A DNA stretch of 49,648 nt from an uncultured Candidatus Saccharibacteria bacterium (GCA_964636435.1 CAZWRS010000005.1:1-49648), one strand, 5' to 3'; shown: positions 8,533 to 17,728, counted from the stretch's first letter. Notes: generated by a model from the sequence alone, not told the origin. Translations and numbers: made by a program.

Positions 8533-10026
8533 TTAAAATTCATATCTATCAAGTAGCCTCGCTATAAAGCTTTGGTTAATTTGCCGCCATGCACTCCAGC
8601 CTCGAGTCATGCCCTGGCCTGTGTTTGAGTGCAGTATCTGCGTAACCTCCGCCTCAAACTGCTCAATACTCATAGCATCTGTAGGTATATCAACACTTAA
8701 ATTCTCGGCATTTATCTTGGTATCTGTAGTCCACTCCAGTGTAGCCTTTTTATCATCGAGCGAGACTTTCGCCTTGGTCGGGTAGCGATGCTTTTTACTC
8801 ACCCACAGCTCGAAGACTGGTTTGACGGACGCCTCCTTGTCAGCTTGCTTCTTAATTTGGTCGAGCTCTTTTTCTATGTCTTCAAACTTTATTTCACAGT
8901 CAGCTTTTACCCTTGAGAATGATTCAAGTTCGATAAAATCTTTGATAAATCGAACCCCAGCCTCTTGATTCAGGTCTAGCTTATAGTGATAACTACTATC
9001 GCCATCAATCGATTCGTCAGGCAGCTCTTCAGATGCAACTGCAAACTGATTGTTTTTAAAAATTTCTTTGACCCGCTTCTTGTCCTGTTCTGAGATGCGC
9101 AGATCCGTTAGCGCCTGCGTACATTTGCCCAAATCCTTATCTGTCTCAACAAGGCCGTACTTTGCAATACTTTGCCCGTCTATTTTAATCCACTGACCAT
9201 CAATTTTCTGTATGAGCGGTCTCATCTCATCAGCCACTAATCTCATCTGAGGGTCCATGCGCACTATATCGTTGACAGTTTTTTGCACATCATTCAAGCG
9301 CAGATACATCGTATTGCCTGCAGCTACCACGCTACCCGACGCGCTTATATCAAGGAGCGGTCCGGCCTCGACACGCACTTTTGCGTTCATCGCACCATTT
9401 TCACCCACAAGCTTGGTATCCATATCAATCGTCAGCACAATCGGCTGACCGTTCTCCTCGAACTCAATCTTCATATTGCTGACAGCCTGCAGCGGCTTGC
9501 CGTCCAGCATATCAGTCATTGTATTGGCTAATGCGTCCGCCAGAACTTTTTCCGGTGAGTTGTTCATGATACTGATGTAGGCATATGCACTACCGCCAAG
9601 CCCGAGCAGGAGCACAGCAGCAACTGCTACGAACAACTTCTTGCCCGAGAAGCGTCGCTTCTGAGCGACTGTAGCCTGCGGCGTACTCGACATGAATGGC
9701 ACACTACCCGGTTCTGCCTGATAGTGAGCGGGCTGAGTGTTGGTTGGGATTTGCTGCTGATCGGACGATGCTAAGTGATGAGATGGTGAACTGAAGCTAG
9801 TGGGCGCTACACCCTGCGGCCGACTATTAGCGGCAGGACTATGAGATAGCGATGCCGCCACGGGCGACGGGGCCGATGACGGCTGCCCAGGTGATGGGGT
9901 TCCAGACTCAGATATGGCACTGTCTACCGGTACATTAACTGGTGTCTGCTGAGGGCCGAATACCTGCGGCTGCTGCGGCACCGAGTCCGGCCCATGCCCC
10001 GGTGCATTATCTTGTTGTGGATTCAT
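8533..10026 (-). CDS. Membrane-anchored hypothetical protein (Pro/Gln/Ser-rich N-terminus, one TM, beta-rich LppX/LolA-like ectodomain)
   Basis: Low-complexity first ~125 aa; TM segment LFVAVAAVLLLGLGGSAYAYI; alternating beta-strand patterns. The fold assignment is inference. Confidence 0.7.
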   Translation of the reverse strand: MNPQQDNAPGHGPDSVPQQPQVFGPQQTPVNVPVDSAISESGTPSPGQPSSAPSPVAASLSHSPAANSRPQGVAPTSFSSPSHHLASSDQQQIPTNTQPAHYQAEPGSVPFMSSTPQATVAQKRRFSGKKLFVAVAAVLLLGLGGSAYAYISIMNNSPEKVLADALANTMTDMLDGKPLQAVSNMKIEFEENGQPIVLTIDMDTKLVGENGAMNAKVRVEAGPLLDISASGSVVAAGNTMYLRLNDVQKTVNDIVRMDPQMRLVADEMRPLIQKIDGQWIKIDGQSIAKYGLVETDKDLGKCTQALTDLRISEQDKKRVKEIFKNNQFAVASEELPDESIDGDSSYHYKLDLNQEAGVRFIKDFIELESFSRVKADCEIKFEDIEKELDQIKKQADKEASVKPVFELWVSKKHRYPTKAKVSLDDKKATLEWTTDTKINAENLSVDIPTDAMSIEQFEAEVTQILHSNTGQGMTRGWSAWRQINQSFIARLLDRYEF

Positions 10027-10199
10027 ACGGTTCCTATGTTTTTATTTTGTACTTTGCTCTTATTAAAGAGTAACGGTTCATGATGTCAAGCTTAAGCCCT
10101 GCCACCAACGAACCGGTATATGCCAAGAATTGCTGTTAAGTATAGTATGCTTGGATATATAGCTCAGCTAACCAGTTAAGTAGATGTTGCTAGAAAATA

Positions 10200-11360
10200 A
10201 TGCGTAAAAAATCCCCGCCCCCTCAAGAACCGCTGCCAAAAAATTATCACGCTATTACCACGTCATCTTACCAGCCAGCTGCTCGCAAAACCGCGAAACC
10301 AAAGAAGCAAAAACTCAAGAAAAAACGCTCGGTATGGAAACGCATGCTGCTGTTGATTCTTGCCATATGTCTTGGTTTGATACTCACCATTATCGCTTGG
10401 GACATACGTAATTTTTCAAATGCCAGCCAAAAGCTATTTGGTACCGACAACGCCTGGGAAGTGCTGCGGACACAACCGCTTAAAAGAGCTCCGAACGGAC
10501 GGACAAATATCCTGCTCGTGGGCTACTCTATTGATGCACCCGGCCATGGTGGTGCTGATCTGACCGACTCGATACTCATCGTCAGCCTTGATCAGACTAA
10601 ACAGTCTGGCTTTATGTTGAGCGTACCACGCGATCTCTACGTCGATATTCCGGGCTATGGCACCGCCAGGATAAACGAGGCACACCAGGCAGGTGAAGCC
10701 CTCGATTTCCGAGAAAGCGGGCGGCCGCGCGGTGGCATGGGCTTGTTACAAAAAGTTATCAGTGAGACGTTTGATATTGAACTGCACTACTACGCACTCA
10801 TAAACTTCACTTCCGTCAAGGAGATTGTCGATGCGCTCGGCAGCATTGACGTCACCATCAATAATGAAGATCCACGCGGCATTTATGATCCTGCTTTTCC
10901 ACCCGAACAGGGCGGCCCGCTCAAACTTGCAAACGGCACCCATACGATTGACGGCCAGACTGCTCTCCGATTGACCAGGGCACGCGGTGCCTCCTATGGC
11001 TCATACGGATTCCCCCGTTCCGACCATAACCGCACCCAACACCAGCAACAAGTATTTATGGCAATCAAACACAAACTGGACTGGAAACTGGTACTCGATC
11101 CGAGAACAAATGGAAAAATCTTTGATGCTGCTGGCGACAATATTAAAACAGACCTGACAATCGGTGAAGTCATCCCGTTTTATCGACTTCTGACGAACGT
11201 ACCTAACGGTGACCTCAAACCCATATCGCTCAGTGACATCAACAAGCAAAATCTACTCACCGGCATTACGACGCCAAGCGGCCAGCAGGTACTTATACCC
11301 CGAGCTGGCATGGCCGATTACTCCGAGATTCAAGCTACCGTCAAGCAGCTCAGCCGATAG
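10200..11360 (+). CDS. LCP (LytR-CpsA-Psr) family cell-wall polymer ligase
   Basis: TM anchor, then NILLVG, TDSILIVS, SVPRDLYV, RINEA, ALRLTRAR and SDHNRTQHQQ motifs. Confidence 0.92.
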   Translation: MRKKSPPPQEPLPKNYHAITTSSYQPAARKTAKPKKQKLKKKRSVWKRMLLLILAICLGLILTIIAWDIRNFSNASQKLFGTDNAWEVLRTQPLKRAPNGRTNILLVGYSIDAPGHGGADLTDSILIVSLDQTKQSGFMLSVPRDLYVDIPGYGTARINEAHQAGEALDFRESGRPRGGMGLLQKVISETFDIELHYYALINFTSVKEIVDALGSIDVTINNEDPRGIYDPAFPPEQGGPLKLANGTHTIDGQTALRLTRARGASYGSYGFPRSDHNRTQHQQQVFMAIKHKLDWKLVLDPRTNGKIFDAAGDNIKTDLTIGEVIPFYRLLTNVPNGDLKPISLSDINKQNLLTGITTPSGQQVLIPRAGMADYSEIQATVKQLSR

Positions 11361-11376
11361 TTTTCAGCTGATACCT

Positions 11377-11688
11377 TCATGTCTCCTCCGATTCATCTGG
11401 CGGATGATAATCGGCCACGGTCGCATCAGTGGGGTCTAAGTTTGCTGCCGGCAGATCAAGTGCTGCCTGATCAATACCCTCATCATATGCTTCGTGTTCA
11501 TCAATATTACTTTTGCTGTCATGTAGCTGATGCGTGTCAGGAAACTCATCCACTGCATCCCGTGGCTCAGAAAATGGCTTCGCACTATCTTGCGGTTGCT
11601 GCTGATCTTTCTGAATTGCCTTATGTGTTTCGTAATCTTCATCACCATGGTCTGGGTATGGCACGAAGCCATCATCTTGCTGTGTCAT
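11377..11688 (-). CDS. Small acidic, probably disordered hypothetical protein
   Basis: 103-aa Asp/Glu-rich ORF starting 11 nt after the LLM stop. Confidence 0.65.
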   Translation of the reverse strand: MTQQDDGFVPYPDHGDEDYETHKAIQKDQQQPQDSAKPFSEPRDAVDEFPDTHQLHDSKSNIDEHEAYDEGIDQAALDLPAANLDPTDATVADYHPPDESEET

Positions 11689-11699
11689 ATATCACCTCC

Positions 11700-12653
11700 T
11701 TATTGTGCGAGCTCTGCTTTGAGCTCGCTGCTCCACATATCCATGAACCCGCGATAATCCTTCCCCGGGTACGCCAGAGCCAGGTGTGTGATACCTGCTT
11801 CGAGATACTTCTGGGCTTTTTGTATATGCACACCCGCATCAGGCCCGGCGTCTGCTTGCATGTCCTCTGGCTTGATCATGCTTGTTGCGGCTGCAAAATT
11901 AACTGGGTTCGGCAACTCAGCTTGAACTTTCCAGCCAGCTACCGAAAATCGGAAATTGTCATATAGCTCCTGGGCAGCCTTTTGCTTATTGTCGCCCCAG
12001 GCCAGGACAACTTGCGCCCAGACAGCCTGCTCCTCGCCCCCATTCTTAACATAAGTATTGACCATATTCTTATCGGCATCCGATACACATATACCGTCAG
12101 CCTTGGCAGCTGCCAGTCTGGTAGATGACGGCCCGCTCGCCGCCACAAAAATAGATAACGGATCTTTCGGAAGGTCAAATACTTTGGCGTCCTCGACGCT
12201 AAAGTAACTTCCTTCATATGACACGTACTTGCCGCTCCACAGCGCCTGCATGATATCAATCGCCTCTGCTAACATAGCATGACGAATATGTACCGCTGGC
12301 CAGCCGGCCCCGACAACGTGCTCGTTCAATCGCTCGCCCGCGCCAAGCCCCAGCGTAAACCTGCCCCCACTCAGCACGCCTACGGTAGCCGCCATCTGCG
12401 CGACAATTACCGGATGATAACGGACAATCGGGCAGGTCACCATGGTAGCCAGCTCTATAGTCTTAGTTGCTTGGGCGACGGCGCCCAGTACACTCCAGGC
12501 GAAAGCCGAATGCTGCTGTTCGGGCAACCACGGATGGTAGTGATCGGAAATGGCCAAGAAATCGAAACCAGCCTCTTCGGCCATAATCGCTTGCTCCACC
12601 AGACTGCGCGGATCATTCCCTTCACAGTACAACGTATAGCCAATCTTGGTCAT
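11700..12653 (-). CDS. LLM-class F420-dependent oxidoreductase (G6PDH-like, TIGR03557-type)
   Basis: AEEAGFDFLAISDHYHPW, WSVLGAVAQAT, VTCPIVRYHP, GLGAGERLNEH and ELPNPVNF motifs; GGAG SD upstream of the ATG at 12653. Confidence 0.85.
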   Translation of the reverse strand: MTKIGYTLYCEGNDPRSLVEQAIMAEEAGFDFLAISDHYHPWLPEQQHSAFAWSVLGAVAQATKTIELATMVTCPIVRYHPVIVAQMAATVGVLSGGRFTLGLGAGERLNEHVVGAGWPAVHIRHAMLAEAIDIMQALWSGKYVSYEGSYFSVEDAKVFDLPKDPLSIFVAASGPSSTRLAAAKADGICVSDADKNMVNTYVKNGGEEQAVWAQVVLAWGDNKQKAAQELYDNFRFSVAGWKVQAELPNPVNFAAATSMIKPEDMQADAGPDAGVHIQKAQKYLEAGITHLALAYPGKDYRGFMDMWSSELKAELAQ

Positions 12654-12708
12654 GTCCAGACTCCCGTAGTTACCACTCTCATTATCGAGGTTCATGCAGC
12701 TGACGAGC

Positions 12709-12724
12709 AGTAAGATATCACACA
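12709..12724 (-). promoter_or_regulatory. Degenerate Crp-type box upstream of the LLM gene
   Basis: Minus-strand TGTGT-GATATC-TTACT, with GATAAT at 12686-12681; box centre at about -42.5. Confidence 0.45.
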
Positions 12725-12735
12725 GGTGCTGCGCG

Positions 12736-12984
12736 CTACTTCAAGTCCGGATCAATTTTGGCCGCCTGCTCCCTCGCTGATAGGTAGATCTTATGAATCG
12801 CACGTTTCGCTTCTTGCAGCCCTGTGTCTGCCCATTCAAAAGCGAATGACAGGATAAAAAACGCCAACAGGCTCACTAGTACACCTGGACCGGGTAGCGG
12901 CACGAGTACGATTCCCAGTGCTAGTAACGGGAATCCTATGAGGCCTATGAGTAGTTTCCGCAATGCAGTTTTAGTCTTCTTCAT
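12736..12984 (-). CDS. PGPGW-domain small membrane protein
   Basis: LGIVLVPLPGPG motif within a hydrophobic hairpin. Confidence 0.8.
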   Translation of the reverse strand: MKKTKTALRKLLIGLIGFPLLALGIVLVPLPGPGVLVSLLAFFILSFAFEWADTGLQEAKRAIHKIYLSAREQAAKIDPDLK

Positions 12985-13049
12985 GGCGTCCTTTTTACGT
13001 CTTATCTGCTAAAGTTCCGAAAGTATAAACACAAATTCATGTGATGTGA

Positions 13050-13065
13050 TGTGAAAAACTTCACA
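13050..13065. promoter_or_regulatory. Consensus Crp box
   Basis: TGTGA-AAAACT-TCACA, a perfect TGTGA-N6-TCACA, between the divergent PGPGW and DUF2795 genes. Confidence 0.75.
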
Positions 13066-13123
13066 GTCGCGTCCGCCGATTTGCAGGATAGTAGGTGGGT
13101 AAATGCAAAAGGAGTGAGGCGCC

Positions 13124-13312
13124 ATGACACAAACCCAAACAGCAGAAGCCCAAAAATATATCATGAGTTTGGCGTACCCATGTACGCGCGATGAACTCGC
13201 CAATCATATGCGTGCGCAAGGCGCTGATGCACAGGTAGTGCGAGCTATTCGCCAGCTACCCTACGACTACTTCACTAGCCCCTATGCCGTGCGTGATGCA
13301 ATAAGTTCATAG
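13124..13312 (+). CDS. DUF2795-family small protein
   Basis: YPCTRDEL...A...GA...V...L..LP...F.S pattern; AAGGAG SD. Confidence 0.78.
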   Translation: MTQTQTAEAQKYIMSLAYPCTRDELANHMRAQGADAQVVRAIRQLPYDYFTSPYAVRDAISS

Positions 13313-13358
13313 ATACAGCCAATACTACTTCTTCCCGCCCTAGCTACCCTAAGAGCTC

Positions 13359-13374
13359 GGTGGCAATTCTTACA
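13359..13374 (+). promoter_or_regulatory. Degenerate Crp-type box
   Basis: GGTGG-CAATTC-TTACA, with TACAGT at 13396-13401; box centre at -41.5. Confidence 0.45.
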
Positions 13375-13426
13375 GACCGCTGACTTGCCTTGCACTACAG
13401 TAGGCAATGCAAGGGAGATACGTAGC

Positions 13427-13921
13427 ATGTCCAAGAATTCCTCCAGCTCCAGTGCCCAGGCTGACGAGGCCATGCAGGTACCTGGACAAATTCGCAAACA
13501 CAAAGCCATGGATGAATCAGCTATTGAGTTGACCCAGACTATACAGAGCTCTCACGAAGTGCTCATTAAGGCGTCAACTGTTTTTCCGTTCACGCTCTTT
13601 CCTGACACTGTCACATTAGACCGTGCGAAGCTTACTATTTCACACCGTGAATTCTTCAGAACGGGAGAGGTTATGAGTATCCGTATCGAAGATATTCTCA
13701 ATGTGACGGTCGATGTCGGGCCGTTTTTTGGCTCTCTGAAGATCTTTACCCGGTTCTTCAATGCCAACAAGCCGTATATGGTTAGCTTTCTACGACGCGA
13801 CGACGCCCTTAGAATTAAGCGCATTTTGCAGGGCTATATAATCGCGTTGCAGAAGAATATAGACTGCTCGACGCTTCCTACTAAAGAGCTGGCAGATATG
13901 CTTCATGAGCTAGGTAAATAG
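13427..13921 (+). CDS. Hypothetical protein (PH-like domain, inferred)
   Basis: AGGGAG SD before the ATG at 13427; FPFTLFPDTVTLDRAKLTI..R.FF...V.SI...DILNV..GPFFGSL pattern. Confidence 0.7.
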   Translation: MSKNSSSSSAQADEAMQVPGQIRKHKAMDESAIELTQTIQSSHEVLIKASTVFPFTLFPDTVTLDRAKLTISHREFFRTGEVMSIRIEDILNVTVDVGPFFGSLKIFTRFFNANKPYMVSFLRRDDALRIKRILQGYIIALQKNIDCSTLPTKELADMLHELGK

Positions 13922-14020
13922 ACCAGTAGCGTAACATTTTGTCATTTTTGTTCCCCTCATGAAGCATAAGTATGTTATCGTGAAAGTGCAGTAATAAATT
14001 AAATACAAACAAGAGAGCAA

Positions 14021-14590
14021 ATGCTCAAAAAAATCATTACCGAAACAACTGATGCGGTGGTCGCGGCCGTACAGGGCGTCGATGACATACTAGGAGCCAT
14101 AACCGGTACCGTTAAAAATCAGGTAGTAAATGCCCTGCAGGGTGTTGGTGAAGTCGGTAGCACAACTGTCGAGTCCGTTGCATCCGTTGCTGACGGTGCG
14201 ATTCGTGGCGCCGGCCAGGTTGGCACTTCCGTTACCGATACCGCCACCAATACTATGAGCGGCATCATTGGCGGCGTCACACAAGTTGGCGGTGACGTTA
14301 TTTCTGGTATCCGTGGCGGTGCACAAGGCATTGTGCAGGGCGTTGCTGAAACTGGCGGCGATGTCGGGGAAGCAGCGGTTGCAGCTGTACAAGGAGCCAT
14401 CAAGGCTGCCGGCGATACCGGCCAAGACACGACCGAAGCTGCCAAAGCAGCGGTTGGCGGGGCACTCGATGCAGCAACCAGCGTTGGCGGTGACGCAGCC
14501 TCAAAAGTGCGCGAAGCGCTCCTTTCGACCGCAGCCTTACCGCATGATGTAATCGAGTCAGCCATCAAAGGCCGCGACGACGAGCAATAA
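14021..14590 (+). CDS. Gly/Ala/Val/Thr-rich protein with 22-residue tandem repeats
   Basis: About seven consecutive 22-aa units, for example GIIGGVTQVGGDVISGIRGGAQ and GIVQGVAETGGDVGEAAVAAVQ. Confidence 0.8.
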   Translation: MLKKIITETTDAVVAAVQGVDDILGAITGTVKNQVVNALQGVGEVGSTTVESVASVADGAIRGAGQVGTSVTDTATNTMSGIIGGVTQVGGDVISGIRGGAQGIVQGVAETGGDVGEAAVAAVQGAIKAAGDTGQDTTEAAKAAVGGALDAATSVGGDAASKVREALLSTAALPHDVIESAIKGRDDEQ

Positions 14591-14611
14591 GTTTTACGCA
14601 CCTCACACTCT

Positions 14612-14649
14612 GTCACCTCATCATTTCGCTATGGTGAGGTGACTTTATT
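14612..14649 (+). terminator. Intrinsic terminator
   Basis: GTCACCTCA...TGAGGTGAC stem followed by TTTATT. Confidence 0.65.
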
Positions 14650-14682
14650 ATCTCTACAGTCTCGAGCCGGTATAATGTATAT

Positions 14683-16452
14683 ATGTTCTTCGTAAATACG
14701 CGTAAGCGATTAACTTCGAGTAACCTGTTTCTGCACTTGCTGCCCACCAGTGCCGTGCTCATCACCATACTCGGACTGACCTTTCTCGGCTGGCGCAATG
14801 CCGGTCAGGCCTTGGAGGATGAGCGAAGCGCAGCTGTTGAAAGTACCGTAAGTGAAACAAGCAACGATATCCTCGATCGCCTGGAGTCCTACCGACTCGT
14901 GTTATTCGGCGCAGCTGGGCTTTTTCTGTCGTCAGGTGATGTCTCGCGTGATGAGTGGAGTAAGTTTATCCAAAGCTTCAACCTCCAACATAACTATCCA
15001 GGCGTGCAGGGGCTCGGCTACATGACTAGTGGCCGTCGCAGCGAGCTACCGAAAATTATGCGCGATATTCACCGTGATGGCTTCGAAAATACGACGCTCC
15101 ATCCCACTGATCATACTGGCGAGTATGCTATCACGACATATTTCGTACCGCAGCATGAACCGGGGCTGGGTTATAACATGATTTCGCACCCTGGTCGCAA
15201 GGCAGCTATCGCTGCCGCTAGAGAATCGGGTACCGCAACCATCAGCGACAAGGTCATTTATACCAAAACCGAAATGCCGTTTAGTGGCACCGGGTTCTCG
15301 ATGTACTACCCAGTGGCAAGCTCTAACGAAGAATTGGACAAGGCGCCCACCGAGCGCAATATTCGGGGCTATGTGTTTGCGCCATTTTTGGCGGAAGGTT
15401 TTTTTGAAGCCGCCCTGCAGCACAATATCAGTAATGACTACGGGCTAAGAATCTACGACAACGGCCATGGTGATGAAAACTTGTTGTACCAAACCGCCAA
15501 CTTTGCCTCCCTGAATAACGATACAGCCATCCGGCACACCGAGACCATGGAGCTTTTCGGCCAAACCTGGATTCTCGAATATCTGTTTTCACCCGATATC
15601 GTTGATACTACATCACGCAACCGGCCGCTGGCCGCCCTGGTTGCCGGTATCATGCTAAGCCTTCTTTTATCGGGCTTTGTTCTCACCCTACTGATCACGC
15701 GAACCAGAGTATTGGCCCACAACAAGCAGCTTGAGGTGCAATCCGCGAAAGATGAGTTACTCTCCCTCGCGTCACACCAGCTGCGCACACCGGCCACGTC
15801 CGTTAAGCAGTATCTCGGCATGGTGCTCGAAGGCTTTGCTGGTAAGCTTAACAGCCAGCAATCAACGCTGCTCGATAAAGCCTATGAGAGCAATGAGCGG
15901 CAGCTTCATATCATCAACGAGATACTCTACGTAGCTAAAATTGATGCACAGGGTATTGTCTTGACACCACGGCAATTAAACATCAATAAACTCTTACGTG
16001 AACTGACCCAGGAGCTTTCCGTTTCTGCCAAAAAGAGTAATCAGAAAATTCGCTTGGTTATGCCTAAAAAACAAGTCTACATAGAAGCTGACGAACACAG
16101 TCTGAGGATGGCAATTGAAAACCTCATTAGTAACGCGCTCAAATACTCCGAAGAGGGCACTACGACGACCGTCAAGCTAACGACAAACAACGACGAGGTG
16201 CAGATAGCCGTAAAAGACAAGGGTATCGGCATCGATCCCCAGGATATGCCGCTACTGTTTCAACGGTTTTCACGGATCCCTAATGAACTGTCGCGGCAAA
16301 CAACTGGCAGCGGTATAGGCCTGTATCTCAGCCAACAGCTCGTCAAGCTACATAACGGCGATATCACGGTCGACTCTGCCAAGAACAAAGGTACGACATT
16401 TATTATTACATTACCGAAGACGCACAATCCGGCCGAACACCCGACTGACTAA
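14683..16452 (+). CDS. CHASE-domain sensor histidine kinase
   Basis: Two TMs flanking a CHASE-like region (YPGVQGLGY, GYVFAPF); H-box SHQLRTP; N-box NLISNALKYS; G1 DKGIGI; G2 GSGIGL. Confidence 0.92.
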   Translation: MFFVNTRKRLTSSNLFLHLLPTSAVLITILGLTFLGWRNAGQALEDERSAAVESTVSETSNDILDRLESYRLVLFGAAGLFLSSGDVSRDEWSKFIQSFNLQHNYPGVQGLGYMTSGRRSELPKIMRDIHRDGFENTTLHPTDHTGEYAITTYFVPQHEPGLGYNMISHPGRKAAIAAARESGTATISDKVIYTKTEMPFSGTGFSMYYPVASSNEELDKAPTERNIRGYVFAPFLAEGFFEAALQHNISNDYGLRIYDNGHGDENLLYQTANFASLNNDTAIRHTETMELFGQTWILEYLFSPDIVDTTSRNRPLAALVAGIMLSLLLSGFVLTLLITRTRVLAHNKQLEVQSAKDELLSLASHQLRTPATSVKQYLGMVLEGFAGKLNSQQSTLLDKAYESNERQLHIINEILYVAKIDAQGIVLTPRQLNINKLLRELTQELSVSAKKSNQKIRLVMPKKQVYIEADEHSLRMAIENLISNALKYSEEGTTTTVKLTTNNDEVQIAVKDKGIGIDPQDMPLLFQRFSRIPNELSRQTTGSGIGLYLSQQLVKLHNGDITVDSAKNKGTTFIITLPKTHNPAEHPTD

Positions 16453-16491
16453 AGCAGCACGTTCTGGACAGAGTGGGGTATAATGGAGTTG

Positions 16492-16869
16492 ATGGCAACA
16501 ATACTGATCGTAGAAGACGAACGAAATCTCAACGAAGCCTACCAGATGATACTGCAGCATCAGGGGCACGAAATCCTGGCCGCCTATGACGGCACAGAGG
16601 CACTAAAAATCACCGAGAAAGTAGAGCCGGATCTGATATTGTTGGATCTGCGTATGCCACAAATGGGCGGCGTGGAATTCTTGAAAAAGTATGATCTGAA
16701 AAAGCATCACCCCGATGTAAAGGTGGTGATATTCAGCAATCTCGATACCCAGCACGAGATTGATGAGGCTTATCGTCTAGGTGCTGAAAAGTATATGCTC
16801 AAAGCCTGGGCGTCTCCAAAAGAACTTATCCAGCTCGTGAACAGCCTACTCAAAACCAAAAAGAAGTAG
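16492..16869 (+). CDS. Single-domain response regulator (receiver only)
   Basis: MATILIVEDE, DLILLDLRMP, then YMLK. The track start at 16483 overlaps a TATAAT, so 16492 is preferred. Confidence 0.9.
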   Translation: MATILIVEDERNLNEAYQMILQHQGHEILAAYDGTEALKITEKVEPDLILLDLRMPQMGGVEFLKKYDLKKHHPDVKVVIFSNLDTQHEIDEAYRLGAEKYMLKAWASPKELIQLVNSLLKTKKK

Positions 16870-16892
16870 TCCCCTGAAAGAGGAAACGAATA

Positions 16893-17561
16893 TTATACGA
16901 ATGACAGGTCTTTGAAGTTGTCTTCGCCTATACTTTGGATCAGCTTATCGCGATCAATGATGTATTCACGGCCTTTATACTTCAAAACACCCTGCTTCTT
17001 TAGCTTGACGAGCTCAGCAGCCGTCGTTTCGCGTGTGAGGCCAATCAGGTCAGCCACCATTTGCTGGGTGAGCTGGATGTTCACCCGTACTACGCCAGGT
17101 CTGATTTCATCACCATATACCTGGACCAGATAATACAGCGTGTAGAGCACTTTGTCAGATGCTTTGGGCTGCTCCAGGGCCGTAATGCGCATGAGCGCAC
17201 CAGCATACTTGCTCAGGTAATGATTCGCGACTGTCTGCATGGCCACCGGACTTGAATTTATAAATTCATCAAACGCCTCACGTGATACGACATACATTTC
17301 ACCATCGGTCTGGGCTTCGTAGTAATAAAAGGCGGATGCGACCTTTTTAAACGACCAGGTCGTCGGAAACATATCACCGGAGCGCTTGAAGGCCGCGATA
17401 CGTTCGTCACCTTGGGCTGTGATATTGTACAATTTCACGATGCCTGATTTTATGAGGTACATGTTTCGCGGAACTTCGCCTTGGTACACCAAGATATTGC
17501 CCTGCCGGAACTTCTTGGTCATGAGCGTCTTTAGAAACGGCTGGAAAACTTCCTCTAGCAA
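16893..17561 (-). CDS. Crp/Fnr-family transcriptional regulator
   Basis: cNMP-like beta-roll (QGE...YLIKSGIVK), plus HTH LTQQMVADLIGLTRET. TTG at 17561 after a GGGGAG SD is the preferred start. Confidence 0.9.
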   Translation of the reverse strand: MLEEVFQPFLKTLMTKKFRQGNILVYQGEVPRNMYLIKSGIVKLYNITAQGDERIAAFKRSGDMFPTTWSFKKVASAFYYYEAQTDGEMYVVSREAFDEFINSSPVAMQTVANHYLSKYAGALMRITALEQPKASDKVLYTLYYLVQVYGDEIRPGVVRVNIQLTQQMVADLIGLTRETTAAELVKLKKQGVLKYKGREYIIDRDKLIQSIGEDNFKDLSFV

Positions 17562-17657
17562 ATGTTTCTCCCCTGTTCGCTTAGCGATACACCTATTGTA
17601 TAGCATTGAGAGTTTTCTGTCTGCTTTTAGAAAATCCGCGTGTAACGCGAGCATAAT

Positions 17658-17673
17658 TGTAATGAATCTTACA
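17658..17673. promoter_or_regulatory. Palindromic Crp-type box
   Basis: TGTAA-TGAATC-TTACA, with TACTAT at 17695-17700; box centre at -41.5. Confidence 0.7.
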
Positions 17674-17728
17674 GCTCGGGAGCAAATCGCTTTGTACTAT
17701 AGAGGCATCACTTAATAAGGAGGTTTGC

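Noticed and set aside
13921-14020. Crp box upstream of the 22-mer repeat gene
   Set aside because: The best candidate (CGTAA-N6-GTCAT) is poor and lacks a correctly spaced -10.
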